A stretch of 64,000 nt of DNA from Euryarchaeota archaeon UBA91 (lineage in GTDB: Archaea > Thermoplasmatota > Poseidoniia > Poseidoniales > Poseidoniaceae), in the NCBI GenBank assembly GCA_002499705.1, contig DAMU01000036.1:7314-71313 (forward strand), in the 5' to 3' direction. Positions 20,586 to 30,242 of this stretch are shown here, one piece after another. The number at the start of each line of letters is the position of its first letter. Position 1 is the stretch's first letter. Under the pieces are notes generated by a model that saw nothing but the letters and a program-made list of their open reading frames with translations, did not search any database and was not told the origin of the DNA. The position numbers were made by a program, and so were the translations under genes.

Positions 20586-23500
20586 GTGTCTATTTTGAAG
20601 AACACAACATCACACAAAAGCATATCGTTAGTCGCATTATTGTTGCTCTCAGTGTTAACCGGCCTGGTAACTCTACCAACCGCATCCGCTGTCAACGAAA
20701 CGAAGTCTGGAATTATTTCTGGAACTGAAACTTGGACTGGAACAATGAACCTCAACGGCGATGTTACCGTCGCAGAAGGTGCTAAACTCATCGTTAATGC
20801 AGGAACGACCGTAAACATACCTTATGGTTACTACATTGATGTTGAGGGTGCGATTTGTATCGGTGACACGTCATGCGGTTCAAGTTCTGGTTCAGCAAGT
20901 AATCAAGCACGCTTCATCTGGTCAACCCCTTCTGATTATACCCTACAAGGCCGCTGCTATTCGAATAACAGCAACAATCCAAACTACAATGATGATACTG
21001 CATGTGGTTCTGGAATGATTATTCGTTCCACTATTGACCAAGCGATAACTTCGATTAAATACGCTCACTTTGAAAATGCATACGGTATTCCCTTCGACAC
21101 AAATCAGGTGAGCGGTAAGCAATACGGTGTATTGGTTTTTGACGGTTCCTCGACAACCGCAACTGGACTCAGTTTCCAAGACATTAACACATCGAATATC
21201 ATTGCTCTGGACCTTGCATCACCAACCATTGATGATTCGACATTCACGCTTGGTATCGATGGTAATGGATACGATGCTGCAGCCGTTCGTGCCTATGGAG
21301 CTGGTGCTGGAATTCTTGGAACTATGCGTATACAGAACTCTGATTTCACCGGTAACACCGAAGCAGATTGTGGACAACAAGGCGGAGGCCGCAGCCTCAT
21401 TTACATCGAAGAGTCGTATGTAGATCTCTCGAATCTCGAACTCAAGGACAATGCATACGGATTGTTCTTGAAACAGAGTTCTGGCTCGCTTACAAATTCA
21501 ACAATTGATGTCAAGTGCAGTGGAATTGATACAAACTCTCACAAAGTCACTGGAACCATCAACCATACCCTATACCTAAACGACAACGACATCACAACCG
21601 CAGATGGTTCTGGAATCACTGCTTATGATGGTGCAATCGTTGTAGCAAACCGAAACACAATTTCAGGCGCAGCCCAGGGTTCAGGATTTGGTATCCGTTC
21701 GTCTTCTGTCATTGCAAATGACAACGTCATCGGTCCAATCGGTGGCTGGAATGGTTTGTGGATATACGGCACTTCTGATGTGAGTGCTGAAAACAACACC
21801 ATTCAGGATACAGCAAAAGAGGCCGTCCTCATTGGAGAATACCACTTCAACGACCAAGGATGGAATGTTCCTACACCAACTGCGGCTCGTTTGTATTTGG
21901 CAAATAACCTCATTTCCAACAACACTGGAACATGCAACTCACAAATGTATGATGGCGATTTCCCATGTCCAGCTATCCACGTTTTCATGTCATCTGCCAC
22001 AATTTATGATAACACTGTAGTCAATAACGGTGGAGATGGCATGCGTATCAAAGGCAGTATTGTCAATGCACAACGAAACACTATGGAAGTATCTGGCTTT
22101 GCAGCCAACATCAGCATGTTTGACGATAATTACGGAAGTAAATACGGTTCGATTGCATACTTCTCCGGCAACTCTTACTCGAATGCTTCACAAATTTACA
22201 ACATTACAGAATCCCGTGTTACCGTCCAATCTGAATATATCCCAGATGCAGGTGGCAACGAACTCTATCCCGTTCAATTGAGCTGGCTTGGTCCTGAATG
22301 CCCGTATGTATTGGATGAATGTCTCATTGTTCCATCGACTGCCGTCATGCCTCCAGCATTCATGCCTTTGGCACTGGAAGTTATCGACAACTCCACCGTG
22401 TTTTCATATGCGAACTTACAGAACTTTGACTCATCAAAGATTCATGTTCAGAACCAAAACTCAGCATGGGGTAGCCAAGTTCGTGAAGGTGAACTCGTGC
22501 GCTATCAAGTCAAAGCAAAGAACAGCAATGTTGCTGGAGCAACAGTCGTTATCCGTGATGCTACTGGACTACCACTCTACACATTGACAACCGATGCATT
22601 TGGATTCACACCAGAAGTATCTCTTCCATCTGATTTCCTTCTTGACCGTAATTGGAACCACTTAGTAGGTGAAAATAATGTTCAAATTCCTGGCGTGACG
22701 GATGCTCAAGGTAACCCTGTCTTTATCGATGAAGATTCATGTTCTGACGGATATGACAACGATGGTGATACCAAAGTAGATGCAGAAGACAGCGACTGTA
22801 CAAACGGTCGAGAGTTGCCGTTCTACTCCGTTGAAGCATACATGTTCGGCAAAGGTCAGAAAGATTTTGACTTCGTACTAAGCGGTTCGATTGATGATGT
22901 GATTAACCTTGATAATCTCAAACCAAGCGTGACTGTGACTCAAAATGACGGGTTCTCATTTGCCACAACTGTCGAACTTACCGGTTCTTCATGGGACGGT
23001 ATCAGCGGTCCTTACCCTCTGGACTTTGTTGCCTACCAAAACCAATTTGGATTAATCAAGCGTGTTGAAATCCAGCCCCCGGGTTCCACAGATTGGTACT
23101 CTGCTATCGATACATCGGGTGCGGCTGGTATGATCACCAAATCAAATCATCCTTTCAAGACATGGAGTTTTGACTGGGAAATGTCTGCTCATCCTGAAGG
23201 AGAAGGCGATGTTACATTCCGTGTGCGTTCATACGATGGCTTGGATTACTCACCTGTGGAAGTTCGTAAATACAAACTCAACTTGGTGGCTCCTTCGATT
23301 TTAGTTGACACTCCAAATGATGGGACATCTCACGATAATGGAAAAGTGACGTTCACCGGAACTGCCAGTGACCCCTATTCGGGAACTTGGGGGAGCGATA
23401 TCAACTCAATTTGGTTCGATATCAATGGTCCGAATGGATATACTGCTAACTTTGACATTCCCGGCTCAACCGCATGGGCATACGATTGGCAATTCCAAGA

Positions 23501-24974
23501 ATTGCAAACTGGTGAGTATGACTTCCGCATTTGGGCTTCAGACAGTGATTTCTGTAATTCAAAATCTGGATGGATGGATTGTAACTTTGAGACTCGAACC
23601 CTCAACATCAACACCGACAATGCAATTCCATTTGTGCAATTGAGTGAACCACTCAATACGGATATTCTTCGTGCAAGTGAAACTCAACTCATTCAAGGTG
23701 TAGCATTGGATAACGACGGACTTGTTACACGTGTTGAGATCAGCATTGTCGATTTGACGAGTGGTGTTGAAATCAACAACGGTCCGGACCCGGTTACCAA
23801 TTTCGCTCAAAATGGCGCCTGGTACACTACCTGGGATACCTCTGACCTCATCCATGACCAACAATATGAACTGGTCATCAAGGCATGGGACGGAAAGAAT
23901 TACTCGTTAGAAGAACGTATTCGAATCACCATTGACAACCCAAGTGATGCCGACAATCTCATCCCTGAATTCAATTCGACTGGATGGGTTGGAACCATTA
24001 CCCTGTTCTGTGATTCTAATCCGACCAAGCAAGATCGTTGTAACGGTGGAATCAGCATTGATTTGACAGATCACTTTTCTGATCCAGACGGTCCGACTGC
24101 CAGTGCGACCAACGGTCTTGTTTTCGACGTCTATGATGATTTGACGAATCTCGATGACGACGAATATGGAAACTACCTCACTTTCAGTTCTAATGGTGTA
24201 GTCAAGTATGACCCAGCCTATGTTACTGGTCTTTCAAATGACATCGCAGAATGGTCGCTTGTAGGCTTGATGTTTGAAGCACGTGATTCGTATGGTTCAG
24301 TTGCTTACTCCTACAAAGTCAACGTTGTAGTGGTTGAAGTTTCATTCACCGTTGAGCGTCAAGATTCGGGCTCGCTAGGACCGGGTAATCCTGCTGTGTT
24401 CAGTGGACAAGGGTTGCCGAACAGTCTTGTTGAAGCACGTTTCGATTCCCTCAGCGGGGTTCGAATCAATCAGACACGTGTGAATGCTGATGCTACGTGG
24501 GAAATGGAGATTTCAAGTAGCCAACTCTCGGGTATCGAAGGCACTCGAAACATCATCTTTGAGATGGACGATCAAGTCTTTACTCAGCCAGGTGAAAATT
24601 CCGGTGCTTTGTTCAAGGTCAGTCTTGGAGAAGAAGAGTCTTCAGGGCTTAATGTGGGAATGATTGCGCTAATTGCTGTTGGCGTTCTCTTACTCTTGGG
24701 AGCAGGAATGTTCTTCCTCCAAGTCGAATATGAAGAATTTGATGAAGAGTCAGAATTAACCGCTGCTGAAGAAAAAGCATCTGCCGATCCATATGCTTGG
24801 GCGAAAGCTCGCCAAGATTCGGCATCCATTCCTTCAAATCAAGTCGCAACAACTCCTGTAGCAGTTCAACAGGTCGTTACGAGTGCACCACAGGCATCCC
24901 AGCATCCAGGATGGCTATGGGATGCAGAGTCAAATAACTGGGTCCCAGACCCAAATTATGTCCCCGAACAGTGA
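20586..24974 (+). CDS. 1,462-aa surface protein: right-handed beta-helix repeats, Ig-like domains, C-terminal TM and cytoplasmic tail
   Basis: Signal peptide; N-ladder repeats (NNTIQDT, NNLISNN, DNTVVNNGGDGMRI); Ig-like units (PSILVDTP..GTASDP); TM helix near the C-terminus; SD-like GGAGAGG before GTG. Confidence 0.8.
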   Translation: MSILKNTTSHKSISLVALLLLSVLTGLVTLPTASAVNETKSGIISGTETWTGTMNLNGDVTVAEGAKLIVNAGTTVNIPYGYYIDVEGAICIGDTSCGSSSGSASNQARFIWSTPSDYTLQGRCYSNNSNNPNYNDDTACGSGMIIRSTIDQAITSIKYAHFENAYGIPFDTNQVSGKQYGVLVFDGSSTTATGLSFQDINTSNIIALDLASPTIDDSTFTLGIDGNGYDAAAVRAYGAGAGILGTMRIQNSDFTGNTEADCGQQGGGRSLIYIEESYVDLSNLELKDNAYGLFLKQSSGSLTNSTIDVKCSGIDTNSHKVTGTINHTLYLNDNDITTADGSGITAYDGAIVVANRNTISGAAQGSGFGIRSSSVIANDNVIGPIGGWNGLWIYGTSDVSAENNTIQDTAKEAVLIGEYHFNDQGWNVPTPTAARLYLANNLISNNTGTCNSQMYDGDFPCPAIHVFMSSATIYDNTVVNNGGDGMRIKGSIVNAQRNTMEVSGFAANISMFDDNYGSKYGSIAYFSGNSYSNASQIYNITESRVTVQSEYIPDAGGNELYPVQLSWLGPECPYVLDECLIVPSTAVMPPAFMPLALEVIDNSTVFSYANLQNFDSSKIHVQNQNSAWGSQVREGELVRYQVKAKNSNVAGATVVIRDATGLPLYTLTTDAFGFTPEVSLPSDFLLDRNWNHLVGENNVQIPGVTDAQGNPVFIDEDSCSDGYDNDGDTKVDAEDSDCTNGRELPFYSVEAYMFGKGQKDFDFVLSGSIDDVINLDNLKPSVTVTQNDGFSFATTVELTGSSWDGISGPYPLDFVAYQNQFGLIKRVEIQPPGSTDWYSAIDTSGAAGMITKSNHPFKTWSFDWEMSAHPEGEGDVTFRVRSYDGLDYSPVEVRKYKLNLVAPSILVDTPNDGTSHDNGKVTFTGTASDPYSGTWGSDINSIWFDINGPNGYTANFDIPGSTAWAYDWQFQELQTGEYDFRIWASDSDFCNSKSGWMDCNFETRTLNINTDNAIPFVQLSEPLNTDILRASETQLIQGVALDNDGLVTRVEISIVDLTSGVEINNGPDPVTNFAQNGAWYTTWDTSDLIHDQQYELVIKAWDGKNYSLEERIRITIDNPSDADNLIPEFNSTGWVGTITLFCDSNPTKQDRCNGGISIDLTDHFSDPDGPTASATNGLVFDVYDDLTNLDDDEYGNYLTFSSNGVVKYDPAYVTGLSNDIAEWSLVGLMFEARDSYGSVAYSYKVNVVVVEVSFTVERQDSGSLGPGNPAVFSGQGLPNSLVEARFDSLSGVRINQTRVNADATWEMEISSSQLSGIEGTRNIIFEMDDQVFTQPGENSGALFKVSLGEEESSGLNVGMIALIAVGVLLLLGAGMFFLQVEYEEFDEESELTAAEEKASADPYAWAKARQDSASIPSNQVATTPVAVQQVVTSAPQASQHPGWLWDAESNNWVPDPNYVPEQ

Positions 24975-25032
24975 AGTCTCAACGCTCACGAAAGGGGAAC
25001 TATTGAAACGGAGGAAAACCGGAGAGAAGATT

Positions 25033-27558
25033 ATGGCTGTACAACCCAAACCAGGAGTGCAGGAAAGAATACTCTTGCACCTGCTTGATTACTCCGATTT
25101 CAAGAGCAGTGTCGAAGTTCCATTTGCACTTTCGCAGATGGGAATTGCAAATGCAGTAGCCATTGCCCGCTCGAACGTACCTCGTGCCATTGCAGGACTC
25201 AAAGACCAAGGACTTCTCATCGAGCGGCAGGCCCACGTTGCTGGTGTTTCGAGGAAGCGAAAGGCGTATTTTCTCACAGATCCAGGCATCAATGTCTCAG
25301 AAGAAACATGGACCAGGTTGCGAGAATTCCAGCTTCGAAGCATTATGGCTGATGGTAACATTATCAATTCAACTCTAGGGGAGATCAATGACCATCTTGA
25401 TTTCTCTATGCGCCCCGTAGATATTATTCGTTACATGGATGACAATTGCGTACTGGATACTCGAACATTGTCTGCTGATTTAGTTGAAAGGGATCTTTCA
25501 AAACATGTTGAAAAACAACTTGTCACTTCGCTTGGAGATTTGCCTCGCCTTCGACATTTCTACGGTCGTGAAAAAGAGTTGGACAACATGGTGAGTCTCG
25601 TTGATGCTCGAGCAACTACTTTGTTGGTCCCAGGTATCGCTGGTATAGGTAAAACCACAATTGCTTCAAAATTGATTGAACGATTTATGCATCGGCGTAA
25701 TTTGCTTTACCATCGCTGTCAAGATTGGGAAAGTTCCCGTTCATTCTTTGAGGCAGTTGCAGATTGGTTGGCAAATATTGGGGATTCGACCTTTTCTGAT
25801 TATTTGGCGGCAACTCCAGTCCCTCAGCCTGCAGATGCAGCACGGTTACTTGTTGACTCTCTGGAAGGAACGCCTACGCTGATTGTCATTGATGATTTTC
25901 ACAAAGTCGCAGACACGACATTGCATCAAACGTTCCAAGCGATGTCCTTAGCTCTCCTAGGCAGTGAGGAAGAAATTGGTCTGGTCATTTTTTCACGCTC
26001 ATTCAAACCCGTAGTGCCAGCAAAGGATGCAGAAGGTAGAATCGCAAGTTTAGTTCTACCACTCGATGGTTTAGATTCGGATGCTGGAAGGCAACTTTTG
26101 AGCAGTTTTGAAAATCTTGGAGACGAACAATGGCTCCACATTCACGGACTTTCAAGAGGTCATCCTCTTGTTTTAGAATTGATTAATCGCGGCGCTTCAG
26201 CAGGTGCTTACCACGAAACATTGGAGAATTATGTCACCGTTGAAATCTTTTCCAAGTTGAGTGGTGAACAAAAGCGAGTTCTTTCTGCCCTCGCAATTTA
26301 CCGTGAGCCAGTTGCTCTGAGTGCATTGGCTGAGCAGGGATTGGATACCGACGAATTGGATTCGCTTGTCGAACAAGGTTTGGCTCGTCAGGGCGATGTT
26401 GATTTTTACGATGTCCACGATTTAATTCGAGAGTTCTTAGTTCGCAGTTTAGATGAGAATACCAAGAAAGAATTCCATGCCAAATGTTGCCTCTGGTATG
26501 AGAAGCAAAATTTCACTGCAAGCATCATCATCGAACGTATTTATCATTTAATCCGCAGTGATAAAGGAGGAGATGCTGCCTTACTTATTGCTGATGAAGG
26601 TCGTGACCTTGTTGCACAAGGACACATGGAACTGTTGAGTTTAATCGAAGGTCTGTCGCTTGATGGACTCGATATTCAGATACAGATTCGAATTTTGCAA
26701 TTACGTGGTGAGATTCTCGTACTACTCGGCCGTTTCTTAGAAGCTGAAGAGATATTTTTGTCAACCCAATCTTTGACGGATTCTTCGAAGGCAACTCGTA
26801 TTGGTGCTGAAGTTCTGTCCGCATTAGCAGATATTGCCCTCAAGCAAGGCGACACGGACAAAGCACTTTCCATGCATCATGATGCTCTTGAAAAATTCAT
26901 TCAGTTTGGAGATGAAAAGGGTGCAGCTCGTTCGTACAACAACATGGGCTATTTACTACGCCGCAAAAATGACTTGTCAAAGGCATTGGATGCCTATGGT
27001 GAGGTTGAAACTATTTTGAAAGGTTCCAACAATGCTGAACTTGTGGGTACTCAACTTACACTTGCCCGTGCATTCATTGAACTGAATGAAATCGATCGTG
27101 CCCGTGACCATGCACTCCAAGCATTTGAGAATACTGATGGCGGTGACGATGTCTTGTTGCATGCTCGCGCTCAAGCGGTTCTCGGCCGTTATTATGCAAA
27201 AGTTGGGGATGCAGATGTCGCATCTCATCACTACTCAACAGCATTAGAGACCATGAGCGAAGCGGGTGACTTGTTGTCACTGGTTGAAATTACGATTCTT
27301 CTGGGAGAAGTCCTTCAAGATTCAGGGCGTGCGGAAGATGCTATGGAACATTACCGAGAGGCATTGGTTATCGCAGAAGCGAATGACCTTCGTATGCAGA
27401 TAGGAGAATTACTTTCACGTCTCGGTGGTGTTGCACCAGATAAGCCCCGTCGAATGGAGTATCTTCAGAGAGCATTATCTGTATTCAGGGAATTGGGCGC
27501 AAAATCCCGTATGAAGGAAGTTCAAGCTCAAGTTCATGCAGCAGTAATGGGCCGTTAA
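25033..27558 (+). CDS. wHTH - STAND NTPase - TPR protein (putative signal-transducing transcription regulator)
   Basis: N-terminal wHTH (LSQMGIANAVAIARSNVPRAIAGL...RKRKAYFLT), hhGRExE (FYGREKEL), Walker A GIAGIGKTT, Walker B LIVIDDFH, GxP (RGHPLVL), VHDLIREF, C-terminal TPR-like helices. Start ATG 25033. Confidence 0.85.
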   Translation: MAVQPKPGVQERILLHLLDYSDFKSSVEVPFALSQMGIANAVAIARSNVPRAIAGLKDQGLLIERQAHVAGVSRKRKAYFLTDPGINVSEETWTRLREFQLRSIMADGNIINSTLGEINDHLDFSMRPVDIIRYMDDNCVLDTRTLSADLVERDLSKHVEKQLVTSLGDLPRLRHFYGREKELDNMVSLVDARATTLLVPGIAGIGKTTIASKLIERFMHRRNLLYHRCQDWESSRSFFEAVADWLANIGDSTFSDYLAATPVPQPADAARLLVDSLEGTPTLIVIDDFHKVADTTLHQTFQAMSLALLGSEEEIGLVIFSRSFKPVVPAKDAEGRIASLVLPLDGLDSDAGRQLLSSFENLGDEQWLHIHGLSRGHPLVLELINRGASAGAYHETLENYVTVEIFSKLSGEQKRVLSALAIYREPVALSALAEQGLDTDELDSLVEQGLARQGDVDFYDVHDLIREFLVRSLDENTKKEFHAKCCLWYEKQNFTASIIIERIYHLIRSDKGGDAALLIADEGRDLVAQGHMELLSLIEGLSLDGLDIQIQIRILQLRGEILVLLGRFLEAEEIFLSTQSLTDSSKATRIGAEVLSALADIALKQGDTDKALSMHHDALEKFIQFGDEKGAARSYNNMGYLLRRKNDLSKALDAYGEVETILKGSNNAELVGTQLTLARAFIELNEIDRARDHALQAFENTDGGDDVLLHARAQAVLGRYYAKVGDADVASHHYSTALETMSEAGDLLSLVEITILLGEVLQDSGRAEDAMEHYREALVIAEANDLRMQIGELLSRLGGVAPDKPRRMEYLQRALSVFRELGAKSRMKEVQAQVHAAVMGR

Positions 27559-28035
27559 TCAGTCATAGGTCTGTGGCCGATCGTATTGCAAGGTCGTCAT
27601 CCCATCAGAATGTACGACCCATACTGAAGTGACGCCTGCAAGAACTACAGTACCTTGATGTCCACCAGCTCCAGTGCCAGAGATTGAAACATTGGTATCG
27701 AGTGTCCCTCCCTCATCAATCAATTCTATTGAGGTGTCTGTTAGGATAATTTTCATCTGCGATTCATCCGCTTCAGTAAGTCTCCAAGTCACTTTTTCAG
27801 CATAATCAATTGCGCCCATACGACTTGCTTCGTCTGCACGTTCGACTGCTGCAGCAAGGTCGTCAAGATTTGATTGAATTGCATTTTCATTCCATCGTTC
27901 ACGGGTTGCAGTCTCAATCTCATAGGCCCACAAACTGAACATGGTAAGGAGTAAGACACCCAAAAGGAACGTGAAAATGTAACCCAACTCTGTTGCAGCA
28001 GCACGTTCATCGTGCATGAATCGCTTTGATTTCAT
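27559..28035 (-). CDS. Type IV pilin-like protein (class III signal peptide)
   Basis: MKSKRFMHDERA/ATELGYIFTFLLGVLLL; overlaps the upstream gene by 4 nt (ATGA). Confidence 0.7.
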   Translation of the reverse strand: MKSKRFMHDERAAATELGYIFTFLLGVLLLTMFSLWAYEIETATRERWNENAIQSNLDDLAAAVERADEASRMGAIDYAEKVTWRLTEADESQMKIILTDTSIELIDEGGTLDTNVSISGTGAGGHQGTVVLAGVTSVWVVHSDGMTTLQYDRPQTYD

Positions 28036-30242
28036 GAGATGACCTCCGTCATGTGGGCATTTAGTGCAGCCATTTGAAGAGTGAACTGTATTGGTTCACC
28101 GTTGGTGTGCCAAACTGCTTCGGATGTTGCATATGATGGGTCTGGCACCCATCCAACATAATCACTCAACAAATCAATCCTTCCAGGATAAACAGTCCAA
28201 TCTTCACTTGATTCGAGCCCGTCTGCTGATGCATCAGCAATGGCCACTCCGTAAGGGCTTGACCATCCTCGACGAACCTCATAGGCAATCGTCGAAGCAA
28301 GCGATGAACGATCGACTAATTCTATGTCTAAGTTCATTGTTCCAGCGCCACTGACACTGTCTTGAGTAGGGTGAAGTGATGGTATGGTTGCAGCAAATCT
28401 TGGTCCGGGGCCCCCTCGGTCGGATGGAGATACCACAATGTATGGTTCAAATTCCGGATGGTTGGTGACCACAGCACCTCCGACATACGCCACTTCCATT
28501 CCGACAATTGATGAGGTGAACTCATAACTCAGTCGAGAGAGATGGAATCCCCACACTGTTCCGAGGTTTGCATGTGTTGAAGCACCGTTAACTCCAATGA
28601 GAGTAATTTGCATACTTGCTGGATGGTTTCCAGAACGCCATGCATTTTTCAGGTCAACTTGGCTTCTTCCACTCATCGATTGCCAAGGCAACTCCGTTGC
28701 AATCCATCCACTTGCCTGAACATTAATCGATAAACATCGTTGTGCTCCATCATGGTGTGCTTGGATAAGTCCATTTTGTCCACGTAAAAGGTAGAGTCGA
28801 AGTGCATGTCCATCTTCAACGTTCATTTGATTGACTCCCTGATTGATGTTAACAGTTCGCTGGGTATTTTCATCAAAGAGTGAGCCATTGGCATTACTCG
28901 CACCGGTTAAGTTCCAATCAACAATCATACCGGCCCGGACAAGATGGATTTGTTTGTTGCTTGAACCGTCTGCGTAGATCGTGTGTGATTGGCCTGACAA
29001 TGCACCAGTATCATCTGCAGCAATTACCTGCAATCCAGAACCGTTTGTATCTGCTCGCCAAGAGACGAAAACGTCTCCATTTGCATCAAGCATTGGAGCA
29101 CCATCAATTTCAGCAGGAGGCCAATCAAAACTGAGACTTTGGTTTGCAGCAACAGAAACCCCACCGCCTCTCCATGTTACGGTGACACTTGTCTGGCCGG
29201 GATTGGTGAAGACCAATTCACCTTCAAGCGATGGCGTTACAAATGAATGACCAAGATATTGTCCATCGGAACTTGGCCAAGCGGTTTGACCAACATTGAC
29301 TTCTGTATTTGTTTGAAGAAGAAGCCTTGAGGGTGCACTGGTCGTAATGTGGACCACCTCAGGCGTGTCAAGGGAGAATTGATGAGTGAAATCTACCCCT
29401 ACACGGTTTTGATTTGACGGTAATGCATAATGTGAATTTGAGGTTTGATTGGTAATTATTATCTGGTTTGCAACCTCGCTCAGTATGTGGATTTGATTGT
29501 TTCCAGCCGGCAATGGAAGTGACCAAGAGGTACCGGTTAAATCGACTGGATTTGGGTCATTGGCTTGCATTAATGTCGTCCCACCATTTCCTCGAGAAAG
29601 CAGTAGATGCAGTTCATGAGAAGAATGGATGACTATTTCACCAGATTGACTGGTATTGACGATGTGCATTCCATCAACCATAAGTTCGAGTTCAGATAGC
29701 TTCGTGGATTGATTCCAAATTTCGATCTCAATAGGCCCAAGAGGGAGTGCGAGTCCAGGTGATGCAGTCATTGTGACGCTCTCCACCCATTCAGGGATGG
29801 TGAACATGTATGGATTCGCAGGACCGAGACGCAGGTCATCAACACACACTGCAGAATTCATGGATTCTGGGTGCCGTACGCTGAACTGGTCATCATAGTC
29901 GAGGGCTCCCTGAACTCGGAAACTGGTGTCGTCGAACCAAGTTGCAGAATACCACATGCTGCTTTGCATCATGTTCCAGTTCAAACTGCCGTCCACGGGA
30001 ATAAGTTCAATTTCCGTAGAATCTCCTGGCATTCCACTTTCGCTTAGAGATGAGGTTTGATGCGCTAACAGCGACATTTGAGAAGACATATCATGACGTT
30101 CGATTGAGCCCTCCAATTCCTCAATGACTGGAATCATTGAAACCATCATCATACCGATGATACTCAGAACTCCGCCGAAGAGAAGAACAGTGGCAACCGC
30201 TGCTGAAACGGCATCTTCATCACGTTGCAGGTTGTACTTCAT
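28032..30242 (-). CDS. Large type IV pilin-like protein with inserted beta-rich domain
   Basis: MKYNLQRDEDA/VSAAVATVLLFGGVLSII class III-type N-terminus; 736 aa; ATGA overlaps with both neighbours. Confidence 0.7.
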   Translation of the reverse strand: MKYNLQRDEDAVSAAVATVLLFGGVLSIIGMMMVSMIPVIEELEGSIERHDMSSQMSLLAHQTSSLSESGMPGDSTEIELIPVDGSLNWNMMQSSMWYSATWFDDTSFRVQGALDYDDQFSVRHPESMNSAVCVDDLRLGPANPYMFTIPEWVESVTMTASPGLALPLGPIEIEIWNQSTKLSELELMVDGMHIVNTSQSGEIVIHSSHELHLLLSRGNGGTTLMQANDPNPVDLTGTSWSLPLPAGNNQIHILSEVANQIIITNQTSNSHYALPSNQNRVGVDFTHQFSLDTPEVVHITTSAPSRLLLQTNTEVNVGQTAWPSSDGQYLGHSFVTPSLEGELVFTNPGQTSVTVTWRGGGVSVAANQSLSFDWPPAEIDGAPMLDANGDVFVSWRADTNGSGLQVIAADDTGALSGQSHTIYADGSSNKQIHLVRAGMIVDWNLTGASNANGSLFDENTQRTVNINQGVNQMNVEDGHALRLYLLRGQNGLIQAHHDGAQRCLSINVQASGWIATELPWQSMSGRSQVDLKNAWRSGNHPASMQITLIGVNGASTHANLGTVWGFHLSRLSYEFTSSIVGMEVAYVGGAVVTNHPEFEPYIVVSPSDRGGPGPRFAATIPSLHPTQDSVSGAGTMNLDIELVDRSSLASTIAYEVRRGWSSPYGVAIADASADGLESSEDWTVYPGRIDLLSDYVGWVPDPSYATSEAVWHTNGEPIQFTLQMAALNAHMTEVIS

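Noticed and set aside
25033-27558. Avs antiviral STAND defence system
   Set aside because: The N-terminal domain looks like a winged helix rather than a nuclease, protease or SIR2 effector, and the context is not a defence island; kept as a regulator.
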